A DNA stretch of 64,000 bases from the human T2T-CHM13v2.0 reference genome, Homo sapiens. This document shows positions 24,240 to 42,457 of the stretch, piece by piece. Location of the stretch: NCBI RefSeq assembly GCF_009914755.1, contig NC_060935.1; one strand, 5' to 3'. The translations under genes were made by a program, and so were the position numbers. Within the stretch, counting starts at the first letter, position 1. Each line of letters begins with the position of its first letter. The notes below the pieces were generated by a model. It did no database searches, had not been told where the DNA came from, and saw only the letters and a list, made by a program, of their open reading frames with translations.

Positions 24240-24469
24240 GTGAGCAGGATGTGTTAACTCAGGTTTCTTATACCATTCTCATAATTTGCAGTTTTTACTA
24301 TTTTTAGTATAATGTGTTGCAATCCATTCCTCTTACTGCTTTACTGTGTTGTCATTTATGCTGTATTAAAAATAACTCTTGAATCTTCTGCCTTAGTTTT
24401 CCCCTCAAAGCTCTTACCCATTATCATAGTATCCTTATCCTTTGTCAGTTTTTAAATATGGCTGTTTTA

Positions 24470-25500
<1,031 letters not shown>

Positions 25501-26899
25501 CTTGCCCCACCCAGGCTGGCATCTCTGCCTCATCATTAAGTCTATTTCTGTTTTCTTATTTGAAAACATACCTAAAATTCAGGGGTTCTTTACCTGGGGC
25601 CCACAGTTTGCTCCCAGGAAATCTAATGAACCTCCTGGAATCAAACATTTTGGAGAGAAGGCCAGTCACTTTTATCAGAATGTCAGATGGGTCATGGACC
25701 CTCAAGAATTATTTTAAAAATGTATAAGTCCAGTTAAAACATTCACAGTCTCCTTTCCTCAATGCAAAAGTTGCCCTTTTTGACATTGCATATTTAGAGT
25801 AAAAAAATTTCATTAGTAAGAGATCCTCTTTACTAGTTTTGTAAGGAGTTTTTTGTTTCTTAACTTGCTATCTTAAATTATTAAGGGTTAAGTAAGGAGT
25901 TTTAAATACCAGTAAAATCTTAGTTATAACACCAAACCTCAGAAGTCCTTCCTCTTGGCAATAGGTTTATTGTATTTGTTTAATCTGATATTTAATCTTC
26001 TGTGTTACAGTAAGCTGAAACCAAAATTGAGACATGATTGTTTTATGTTTGTTGCTATGATTTTTGAACTTTGTTTTTTTTTTTTTTTTTTAAGAGACAA
26101 GGTCTTGCTGTGTTGCCCAACTGGCCTCAAACTCCTGAGCTCAAAGTGATCTTCCCACGTCATGCTCCTCCCATATCACGTCACTATAGGCACACACCAC
26201 TGCCCCTGTTTTATTTTGAACAGTTCTTTAATTTTTAGGATATTGTTTCAAGTTACTGTCCTTATTGGCAATTTTCCCACCAGTGACCCCCGTACCTTGT
26301 TCCCAGTTCCCTCTGCCATGCCCAGGCAACTTTCAGTTGCTGAGCTGAGGCTTTAAAACTTACATACTGCTTAAAAATAGGCAACGGAGAAATTGATTTT
26401 CATCTCTCTTTTGTAGTTTACCCTTCTACTCTCAAGTAATATTCGTATTTGTGATACATTATTTAAAAATAAAAGTAAAGAACCTTAAAGTTCTTGGCTC
26501 CCTTTTTCATTTTGGTTACCTTAAGATTTTTTCTAAAGTGATTCTCCCTTCACTTACACCACTGAATTTTTTAAATGTATTATAGAATAAATATATTTTT
26601 TGCCAATAATGAGAAAATACATGGTTTCCCCTTACAAAATTTCAAAGTTGTTTCCGGAGAGCTCATTTGTTACGTTTATGTATCTATTTCTGAAGATTAA
26701 ACTACAATAAGGCAATAATATAGTACACTTCTCTGTCATGCCCTTACGTTGAGTAGTATGTTAGTGTTAAATCTCAAAAAAATTGATCTAAGCTGTTTTG
26801 CATTTCCCCTCCTTGTTTTTACCCCCCAAGTTCCGGTGAAATATTTTTTGAAAAGACTGGGCTTAGTGGAAATATATGTGGTCTGTTTTTTTCTTACAG

Positions 26900-26951
26900 T
26901 TGAAAATGGTGAACATTGTTATTTTACAATTCTAAGAAATATGTTGATAAG
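26900..26951 (+). pseudogene. SEPTIN7: SEPTIN7 pseudo-exon (52 bp)
   Basis: ttacag|...|gtaagt; translates VENGEHCYFTILRNMLIR versus SEPT7 VENGEHCDFTILRNMLIR. Confidence 0.95.
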
Positions 26952-28414
26952 GTAAGTGCAAGCAATCATGGAAATAGCATGAGATTTTCTTTCCCTAAAT
27001 AAGAGTTGGACAGATTTACTTTTTGCCTTCTATAAATGTAGCTATTTAAATTTATATCTTCAGTCTAGCAATGAAGTAGGCGCTACATGTAGATGATTCT
27101 TTCTCCAAGGTTTTGAAGTCATGAGCAAAAGTTACAAAATAATTTGTGTCTAGGGATACATAGGAAAATTAGTCTCTGTACTTTGTCATTATACTTTGTA
27201 TTGAGGTTTAATACTGAAATAACTATGGAAAGTGAAATAGAAGAGACTCTTTCTTAATGTAAAAACCGTGTGAAAAGTATATAATCCAAGGCTAGTTTTT
27301 GAGTCAAAAGCTAGAATTTGAATGTTAAAAGTTGCACAGCCTGGTAGCTGGTGAGTAGGGCACATTTTACATACTAGAACATAGTAAACAAAATCAATCT
27401 TCCTACCAGGTAAGAAAAAAATCCTTAAATTGTGTCTTGCACATCTGCTGAAAAAGAGACGGAAAGCCTATGGGAGCAGGACATTGAGACCATCCTGATT
27501 AGAGGACCAGGACTAGTAAAGAGGATCTCTTACTAATGAATTAGAAAAGCAGCAGCAGAGAGGAAATCATGAAGAAATAGTGTAATAGGACTAGAGATGT
27601 TAGTAGGTAAGGAACTAAAAGGGCATCAAAATGATCCTCAGTGTTTTCATGTTGAGGCACATTCCTTCCTCTCCCTACCTCACTCCTCATTTCCCACTTC
27701 TCTCTCTTGCTTCTCTACATCTTTACCACATACTCTCTTTATCCTCCAGCTTTAGATGTCTGTCTTAAGTTGATATCTATTCATTTTCATACCTCTACCC
27801 ACTTTCCCAAAACATAAGAATCTCTTTAGCTGTGTAAAAAAAAGGTAGTAACATAAATCTGGATAATAATTAGAAATTGTGGAATAACAAGAAGGTCATT
27901 CTCACAAGTGAGAAGTGAGGGGGAAATTTTAAGAGAGTCAAACTTCTACCTTAAGAAATACAGTAGAAATGAGAGTGAATTTTGAAATTAAAGAAATTGG
28001 CATGTAATTGATCTTTATTTTCAAAGGAGCAGGTGTTTTTGGTAGGAACTACATGATAGGATTGATTCAGCAGTTGGGGTTACCAGGCCTCACTTAGTAG
28101 AGAAGAGCAAATGCATGAGAAGGTCATCCTCTGGGTTTTGAGAATCCAACACTTCAGGCTCTATTATGAACTATTCCCTTCCTCTTCCATTCTTAAGGTG
28201 TGACTTCAAAAGAATAACTATTAATAATATAATCTTCTATGACAGTATATAAGTAGAGAATGTTTAATAAATCCTAATTGCCATTGCATTCCTCTTGTTT
28301 TTAAATCTTCTATGGTACTTGCCCAGTGCTTGACATGGTGGTTTTCTATAACTTTTTCTTGTGTATTTTAAAAGTATACAATCAATAATTGCCTACATAC
28401 CTAAAATGCCATAG

Positions 28415-28750
<336 letters not shown>

Positions 28751-29607
28751 TGAATATTCAAAAGTTCACAGCCTGGCAGCTAGTAAGGGGCCTCCCTAGT
28801 GTAAGCATTCCAGAGCAAACCGACCATGCCTGCAGGAAGAATTAATATAGCAGACCAGCAAGACTTTTATGCCTAAAAATTCTAAAGTTATATATTGTTA
28901 AAAAGATGTATATTTAATTTAGCTCATGTCTTTATGACAAAGGCATCTAGTGGATATTTAATAAGTACTTGAAGGAAGGAAATACAATACCAGTATTGCA
29001 GATAGATGTCTGTAAATCCCAAGTAATTGAAATTTTGCAGGTCAAAGAAATAGTGTTTTCTTCTAAGAAAGAGGCAAGTTCAAAGAAGTCTTTGCTAATT
29101 AAGAGACTTAGGTAAACCAAGGAAGACAATGGAAAGGAGGAAAACTATACAAATATTTTCTGGGTGTGGAGATGGGTGTTTCAGAAATCAAATAGGGAAA
29201 GAAAAGAGGAGAAGAGAGAGTTATGGTATCAGTGATGGGAAATGGAAGAGACAAATTCCTGAAACTGTGGGGAAACTGTATTGCTAATTACCAAATTATT
29301 TTGAGAATGGAGGAGTGGGTTGAATCATAAAAGGATAAAGCATATTTAATTAAATGGAAATAAAGACTTTTATAACCTGGAAAAAATCAGAATTATGTAG
29401 TCATATAGAAGTGAAAGTGATTTTAGTGAAAGGGAAAATCATTCATTATCTAAAATGTTAGATGACACTAACAAAAATAGCTTAACAATTAGTAAATTCA
29501 CCTTACTTTTATTTTACACATTCATGCAAACATTTCCTGTAAGTATTCTTCCTTAGAACCTTTAATGATTTTTCAGTGATGCGTGTAATATATAATAATT
29601 AAAATTA

Positions 29608-29915
29608 GGCCAGGCACAGTGGCTCACACCCGTAATCCCAGCGCTTTGGGAGGCCAAGATGGGAGAATTGCTTAAGCTCAGGAGTTCAAGACTGGCCTGA
29701 GCAACATGGCGAAACCTCGTCTCTACTAAAAATACAAAAAATAGTTGGGCGTGGTGGTGCATGCCTGTAGTCTCAGCTACTCAGGAGGCTGAGGCGGGAG
29801 GATGGTTTGAGCATGAAAGGCAGAGGTTGTAGTGAGCTGAGATTGTACCACCGCACTCCATCCAGCCTGGGAGACAAAGTGAGACCCTGTATCAAAAAAA
29901 AAAAAACGAAAAAAA
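29608..29915 (+). mobile_element. Alu
   Basis: Full dimer whose tail abuts MER11. Confidence 0.88.
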
Positions 29916-30947
29916 TATCGGGGGAACCCACTCCCAATATTTCAACGTAGGTTTTTTTCTGTTTTCCATAAGTGTCAGCCAGCTGAGAAAGAAAGAGAAA
30001 GAGTACAAAGAGAGGAATTTTACAGCTGGGCCACCGGGGCTGACATCACATATCGGTAGGACTGTGATGCCTACCCAAGCCTCAAAACCAGCAAGTTTTT
30101 ATTAAGGATTTCAAAAGGGGAGGGGGTGTACGAACAGGGCATAGGTAGGTACAAAGATCACATGCTTCAAAGGGCAAAAAGCAGAACAAAGTTCACATGC
30201 TTCTGAGGAAACAGGACGAAGGGCAAAAGGCAGGACTTCTGATAAGGGTCTATGTTCAGGTGCACGTATTTTCTTGATAAACATTTTAAACAACAGAAAA
30301 CAGGATTTGAGAGCAGAGAACCGGTCTGACCACAAATTTACCAGGATGGAGTTTCCCAATCCTAGTAAGCCTGAGGGTACTGCAGGAGACCAGGGCATAT
30401 CTCAGTCCTTATCTCAACCGAATAGGACAGACATTCCCAGAATGGCTGTTTATAGACTTCCCGCCCAGGAATGCATTCCTTTCCCAGAGTATTAATATCA
30501 ATATTCCTTGCTAGGAAAAGAATTTAGCGATATCTTCCCTACTTGCACATCTGTTTATAGGCTCTCTGCAAGAAGAAAAATATGGCTCTTTTTGCCTGAC
30601 CCCACAGGCAGTCAGACCTTATGGTTATCTTCCCTTCTTCCCTAAAAATTGCTGTTATTCTGTTCTTTTTCAAGGTGCAGTGATTTCATATTGTTCAAAC
30701 ACACATGTTTTACAGTCAGTCTTTACAGTTAACACAGTTATCACAGTGGTCCTGAGGTGATGTACATCCTCAGCTTACGAAGATAACAGGATTAAGAGAT
30801 TACAGGTGTAATAAATTATGAAAGTATTATTGGACATAATAATGGACATATTAAATGTCCATATTAAAATGAAATCTTCACAATGTATGTTTCTCTGCCA
30901 CGGCTCCAGGTGGTCCTTCCGTTCGGGGTCCCTGACTTCCCACAACA
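29916..30947 (-). mobile_element. MER11 solo LTR (HERV-K HML-8)
   Basis: Minus strand starts TGTTGTGGGAAGTCAGGGACCCCGAACGGA and ends TTCCCCCGATA; about 1.03 kb. Confidence 0.88.
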
Positions 30948-31265
30948 AACTCCCAAGAAATCCTATGCACTCAAGATACCTTTTAGGGTTTCCAATGGTG
31001 TATGGTTTCAAAACTGCTGTTCCCTCTGTACTTACTTCCTGTTGAATTAAAGTGTCTTTGAGAGGCAAGAGAGTATGATGTTTGTTCCTAGCCTACCAGC
31101 CTATCAGGCTGGCATGATAGATACACTCTATGAGGCTGACATGCCCTTACTTGATTCTTTTGTCCAGTGAAAATATCTATAACCAGCATCCAAGAGGGAT
31201 ACTGTTGGTGAAACCTGCTTAGCCGAGGACTGGCTGTGTGTGTGCCTCCAGACCAATCATATGTT

Positions 31266-31734
31266 TGTTTTGAGATACATTTTTTGGAGGAAGGTAATAC
31301 ACACATGCCATGTATTTTCTTTTTGTTTCATACTTTTTCTTCTTTAATTTCCTGGTATCCATTGGTTCTCTCCAGGCAATTGGTGGCATGTTAGCCACAG
31401 TGGACACTGCACAGGAGAGCAAGGGGTGGGGGATTAGGGTGCTGCAAGCAGAATAATAAATTTCAGGCCCAACCTTATGTCTGTTGAATCAGAACTGCTG
31501 AGTATGGAGCTCAGGCTCCCGTGTTTGAATAAGCCTTCAATTGACTCTGATGCTAAAGTTAGCGAAGCACTGCTCTAGAAGTTTCAGGAGGTCCCAGGGT
31601 CAGGCACCTGCTGAGGAGGAAGAATTGTTCCTGGGATTCCCTGCCTATTCTCAATAAAAAACTCAAACTTAGGAAAGCCAGTGAGGTTTGTATTCGCCTT
31701 ACATCAGGGGTGGGTTGGATTTACCATTTCTTTG
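31266..31734 (+). repeat. Internal duplication block A (copy at about 38323-38796)
   Basis: Near-identical text from tgttttgagatacattttttggaggaagg to ggatttaccat. Confidence 0.9.
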
Positions 31735-32051
31735 ACTCCTTCAATCTTTTAGGTAACTTTTCCGGTCACACACAACAGACTGATTTTCCTGTGGAAGACC
31801 TCACAGGAGTTCTCTTGAACCAGGAGACTATTTTGAGCTGAAATACCTGGAGCCCTCTCAAGCTATTTGGGCCTTTCAATTTGAAACCCAGGTTTGGATG
31901 ATTCTAAGCTCTATGGCAGAGACTGTAATCATTTTCTCTTCACCCTCAGGTTGGGGACTCACCCTCAGGGTTGGGAGTGACTGCTGTCTCTCCAGCCCCC
32001 ACCAATTACACCATGTTCTGGTTGTTAAAATCCAGTGTATGCATGAAATGT

Positions 32052-32057
32052 AATAAA
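32052..32057 (+). terminator. Candidate poly(A) signal of the SEPTIN7-pseudogene transcript
   Basis: AATAAA about 100 nt after the acceptor at 31949, with a GT-rich tract downstream. Confidence 0.5.
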
Positions 32058-32739
32058 AGTATCTTCGCAGCACTAAGTAGAGAGTTCCTTGTTGTGAGCA
32101 GACCATTCCTCTTCCTCCTTGGAAAAAATTATCTATCCACTTTCTACATTTTCATGTTTGTCTCTTCCTCTACACACACCTCAGCTGCTGCTTTATTTCC
32201 ACATGTCTCATGTAAGGATCTTTTTTTATGTGGTAACCTTGGCTTTTCCCACTGTTCATGCTTCCACGAGTTGGACGTAGGCAATATAGGAGCCCACTGC
32301 AAAAGTGTAGGTGATATTGTCCAGAAAGAAACCTGAATTTCAGAGGCTTGCTGATGTGGAAGAAAGCCAAGATATTAGACTCATAGAGCTTCACTCTGCT
32401 AGGTAGGTTGAAATGTGGACACCGTGAATTCCATAAAAAGGTAGTACTTCTGAAAACCATCTTAAGTTTAAAATATACTGGGACTGCCTTACCTTTCTTG
32501 TTTTTCATAACTTGTATTCCAAGCTTGAAAAGCTAAAACAAAAGCAAAGAACACTCTTCCTATCTGTAACAAAGGTGCTTAAGCAGGAGGGTGGTCTCTC
32601 TTCCCGGTTCAACACTCTCTCCCTCAGGAACAGTAGGGATTGGAAATAGGTGGTTTCTCTGTAGTTTCTCGGAAGCCACCAATACCACTCGCCTGTACCA
32701 AAACTCAAGGGTACCTGTGCTCCCCAGTGCCCCAGCCAG

Positions 32740-33260
32740 TAAAGGAGCTGTGACGCGTTCTCAACGCCACGACTGCCTTGAGCAAAAGGAGGGAGGTCTT
32801 GCGGGAAAGTGTTTTCAGCTCACTTCTCCTACAGGGAATGAGCCCTCTCGTTTATCGCGGACACCGAGGAAACGCAGCGATGGGCTTCGGGGCTGCAGTC
32901 AGCCTCCCTGCCCACCCAGATCCTCTGGCAGCCTCGGGCGCTCACCCACTTCGCTTCTCCTCCGCCTTTGCCGCCGCTACAGCAGGTGCACACCCCACCA
33001 CGTCCCTGCTTCCCTCTCGAGCTCTTTTCGTAGGTGGTCCTCGTTCTTCTCTCCGTCTGTCGTTTCTTGAGTGTCAGAACTGGAACCACAGCATCCCCAA
33101 GATGAAATCCATGCTGGGTTTTGCGACCACAGTGCTGGCCCAGTCACCGGCGAGGGTAAGGATGGGCAGCGACCCACGCTCCTGGGTCTTCATTTCTAAG
33201 AGTTCGGAATTCCACTTTCTCACCTCCTCACCTGGACCTAAATCCCCTGAGGCGGTACTG
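32740..33260. promoter_or_regulatory. Small CpG-rich, promoter-like patch
   Basis: CpG density clearly above the flanks; minus-strand donor TGG|gtgagc at 32946/32945. Confidence 0.4.
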
Positions 33261-33445
33261 ACCCTTCTGTTTTAGTATCCATCTACGTTACTCTTGATGG
33301 AAGAGTACAGTCCTTGAAGGAAGAGGGAAAATAAATTTGAGAAGGGAGAATTAAAAAACCTTTTTAGTTTGAAATTATTTCAAGCCTACAGAAAAGTTGC
33401 AAAAATAATACAAAGAACTACCATACACACGTTACTCAGGTTTAG

Positions 33446-33766
<321 letters not shown>

Positions 33767-33815
33767 TAGGTCTCCCAAAGTGCTGGCATTACAGGCGTGA
33801 GCCACCCCGGCGCTT

Positions 33816-34772
<957 letters not shown>

Positions 34773-36354
34773 ATACATGTGCAGGATTGTTACATGGGTA
34801 TATCGCATGATGCTGGGGTTGGGGTGGGATTAATCCCATCACCCGGGTAGTGAGCATAGTATCCAACAGTTAGCTTTTCAAGCCTTTCCCCTTCCTGGCT
34901 ACTCCCTAGTAGTCCCCGGTGTTTACTGTTTCCATCTTTTATGTCCAGTTTTAATATATGTAAATCGCCTTGTATAACAAAAACATTATTTTAAGTAATC
35001 CATCTTAAAATTATAAGTGAGTTATTTTATATTAAAAAGTGATATTTCATCTTTGAAATCTGTATGTATTTTATATTTACAACACATCTTACCTTGGACT
35101 GGGCAATTTCAAGCATTCAATAGCCAATGTGGTAATGGTAACCATATTGGACAGTGCAGATTTAAAAAGATACTTTATATATTTTTAGGTTTTCAAAACT
35201 GAATATGTATGACATGAGGGTCTTCTGTCTTCAAAATTAAATGTTTAATTCCTCAGAAGAATGCTGTGTTAAATGAGCTCATCCTACAGATTATATGCAA
35301 AAAGAAAAATGTTTCAATCATGTTGGTAGATAGTCTGAAGATAGATATGGATATTTAATTATTTTAAATTCCCCCCTTTTATGTGGCAAACAAAAAAGCA
35401 TACTTTCTTATTGTGAATTCCCAAGAATCTGATAGACAGGCAGGTTTCTCTGGGTGTGACATGACATAAGGATGAAGGAGTGTTTCTGCAAACTGTCCTA
35501 ATACTGTTTTTATGGCATCAAAGAGTCAAGATAATCCTCCCCAGCATTTACATGCACACACACACAGACACAGACAGGCAGACACACACACATGAATACA
35601 CATCAATTTTGTGTGTAACGCTTCTCTAGTCTTTCCTTCAGTGAAACCTATTACTCAGTGTTTCCTATTTTTATTCTAGAAATCCCATCAGCCATCTGAA
35701 AAGTCTGGCATACAACTTGCAATCTGCCATTTTTAAAATGGATCAATGTTATTTTATTAATATTGGCAAAGGCTCATATGTGGGCAAACCAGAATGAGAA
35801 AGAGTTAACAGTCACTAGAAATTTGGTTCCGGGAAATGGGTTTTCTTCTCATCTTCTTATATAGTTCAAAGAACCCAGTCTCAACGTGATAAGTCCCAAG
35901 ATTTGAGAACTATTTAGGAGCAAACTTGTTTGATGCCCACAAATATCACGAATAGGTTTGTAATTCCCATATCTCAAAGTATACTTTTTAGTCTTTATCC
36001 ACCTCCGTGTAATGTGTCTCCTACTACTAATGCTTACAAATCCCAGGCTGGAGACGGAGTTAATTGCCTGAGTTCTCCGTGTAATATCTTCACAACCGTG
36101 CCCCGGAGATATTTTAAATTTAGTGTGAGCCAAACTAACTCATCTCCATCTTTCAATCTTTCTCCCATTCCTAAAAGAGTTGTTAAAACCTGCCCTTTTC
36201 TGTACCTGCTTGTCTTTGGCAATAGCATGTTTGTTTTTCTGAACTACTCTTCAATCCTGTTTCTATTTATCTTTCGTCTTACTCTCATAATTCAACCCTC
36301 CTCTCCACCCCCAAAGCTGTTTTTCATTTATGCCTTATGAATTCCCTCCCATCT

Positions 36355-36470
36355 CCTTTTCTCTCTCTCTCCCCTTTCCTTCCTTCCCTCCTTCCTTCCC
36401 TCCCTCCCTCTCTCTTTCTTCTTCCTTCCTTCCTTCCCTCTTTCCCTTCCTCCCTCCCTCACTCCCTTAC
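36355..36470. repeat. Pyrimidine-rich (CCTT/CCCT)n low-complexity tract
   Basis: Seen directly. Confidence 0.9.
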
Positions 36471-37120
36471 TCCCACTTTGTCTTGCTTGCTTGCTTGCTT
36501 TTCTCACTACGTTTCCCAGGCTCGAGGGCAGTGGCACAATCATAGCTCCCTACAACCACCAACTCCCGAGCTCAAGCGATCCTCGTGCCTCAGCCTCTGG
36601 AATAGCTGTGAGTACAGGCGTTAAGACACCACGCCAGCTAGGGACCCATATGAAAAAATGCTGAGTGCACTGCTCTCAGGTTTTATTCTGATTATGGCTT
36701 TCCTCCACCAAATCTTACCCTTGATATTCCTATTGAGTAAACAACAAATATGAAGCATTTTAGTCAGGGAAAGGCTGAATTTCAATGGCTTTGTGTCATA
36801 TCTGGAAGAAATCAAAAGAAACGAAAACCAGAACTTGATTCTTGCCAAGCATAATAGAAGGAGACCCTAAGAACTCAACGTCTTGAAGCCATAATGGAAA
36901 CTTCTTGTGGTTATTATCTGACACTTTTCTAATCTTTTTTCATTTCAAATCCTACACAGTATTCTAAAGAATCTGTATCCCCCATTAGTACCAAATATCT
37001 CCTGCTCAGAGTAGCTCTCCATGCTCTATAGTTCTGACCACTACTACCCGCATGCTCACGGAGAGTCTCAGGAAATGAAAGTTACCTCCTGAAAATTATT
37101 ACAAAGAGGCCTTTTAGGAA

Positions 37121-37192
37121 GGGGGTGTAGCTCAGTGGTAGAGCGGATGCTTTGCATGTATGAGACTTTGGGTTGGATCCCCAGCACCTCCA
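37121..37192 (+). tRNA. tRNA-Ala(TGC), full length but degenerate (probable low-activity or pseudo copy)
   Basis: GGGGGTG/CACCTCC-A acceptor with G3:U70; D arm GCTC/GAGC; anticodon loop TT-TGC-AT; G:G mismatch at the top of the anticodon stem; T loop TTGGATC instead of TTCGATC; TTTT at 37201. Confidence 0.9.
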
Positions 37193-37259
37193 AGTGATGG
37201 TTTTACTCTGGCAGTTCTCTGCCTCCTCACATTTTTCTATCCTATTTCTGCACATATAG

Positions 37260-37750
<491 letters not shown>

Positions 37751-38322
37751 TCCATTTTGTACAATGATTAAAGAGGCGCAAAGACGAAGAAGGGAGAAAA
37801 ATGCCCGTGGGCATCTTTTTTTCTTTTTAGTTATCTTTGTTTTCTAGGCAAAAGAGCAGAGTGAAAGCATCTGTCTGCTGATTTCTCCACCAGTCTCTCC
37901 CTGTCGACCTGCACAGGGACACAAGTGCAATCCAATACTGAGACAAGGACTACTGTGGCTCTCTAGTCGCTTGAGATGGGAGTGGCAGGGCGCTGGATGG
38001 CCGAACGAAGACTGTCGGGGAATAAGAGGCCTTCAACATGCGAGAAGCAGAAACCAATACGGATCAACATTCCCTACGGATATTCCATAAGACTGATTCA
38101 TATTCATATTCCTGTATTTCCTCAGTCCCTCCAATATTGCCTGGGAACTTCTGGTAACAGCAAACGGAGGCCCCATATGAAAAAAACAGGAAAAGGTTTT
38201 GTCACAATGGAAAATACATGCAGAGTAAAAGGTAAGTAGATCACAGTTGTGTTGGGCACTTCCTCTGGTCGAAAAAACCAAACAAACATTTCATGTTCTT
38301 TCTCGATCCATCTAATTACAAC

Positions 38323-39010
<688 letters not shown>

Positions 39011-39585
39011 TGAAAATACTAAAATTGTATTTTTAGTAGAGACGGGGTTTTGACATGTTGGTCGGGCTGGTCTCAAACTCCTGACCTCAAGTGATCTGCC
39101 CACCTCAGCCTCCCAAAGTGCTGGGATTACAGGCATGAGCCATCGCTCCTGGAAAGGAGACCCTTCTTAACAAAATGCTAAACGAATTTCTCTTTGTTGC
39201 TCCCAATGTCAAGTTTTTTCCAACAAATCTTATCAAATCTTGTTGAGCAAACATAACCACAAAGTATTTAGCCAGAGAAAAGCTTACTTTTAATATCCTT
39301 GCCTCCTAGGGTAAGATATTTCTGAAGGAAATCAGAAAAGCCCCAAATCGAGACTTGATTCTTATTACTCATAAGAGAAGACTGAAGCTTTAACAATTAA
39401 TCTGCTTAGAACTGCAATGTAAACTGCACGCAGCTATTACCTGATTTTTATTTCCACTACTTTTCTTCCATCACAAGCCCTATGCAGAAAAAAAAGTGGT
39501 AAGTCCATCTTTTACAGTTAATACTAATAACAAATCATGAAGGATTCAGAGCTTCAGAAAATCAAAGTGCTCTCAGTGAAGAGTT

Positions 39586-40408
<823 letters not shown>

Positions 40409-40595
40409 ATTTTTTACTTTTCTCTGACTCACTCCTCAAATCCACTCCTCAAAGAACTATGATTCAACTCTTCCAATTTTCTTTCTTTCATTTCTTCTCT
40501 CTCCTCCATTCTCTCTTTCTTCCTCTCTCTCTCTCTTTCTTTCTCTTTTTTCTTTCTTTTTATCTCATTTCTTGATCAAATAAAAAGTAAAAACA

Positions 40596-42355
<1,760 letters not shown>

Positions 42356-42457
42356 TACATTACATTGTGTCTTTTTCAGCATTATTCAGATTCTGTTAGA
42401 TTTACGTCTAAGTATTTCCTTTTTGTCAGAGATTATACAGTTTACTGTCTTTTTAAA

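Noticed and set aside
32591-33275. Overlapping 159-aa and 165-aa ORFs
   Set aside because: GTG/TTG starts in a GC-rich patch with no recognisable domain
36328-36624. K/E/R/G-rich or P/S/L-rich ORFs (also 51569-51880 and 46597-46926)
   Set aside because: They come from simple repeats or LTR sequence
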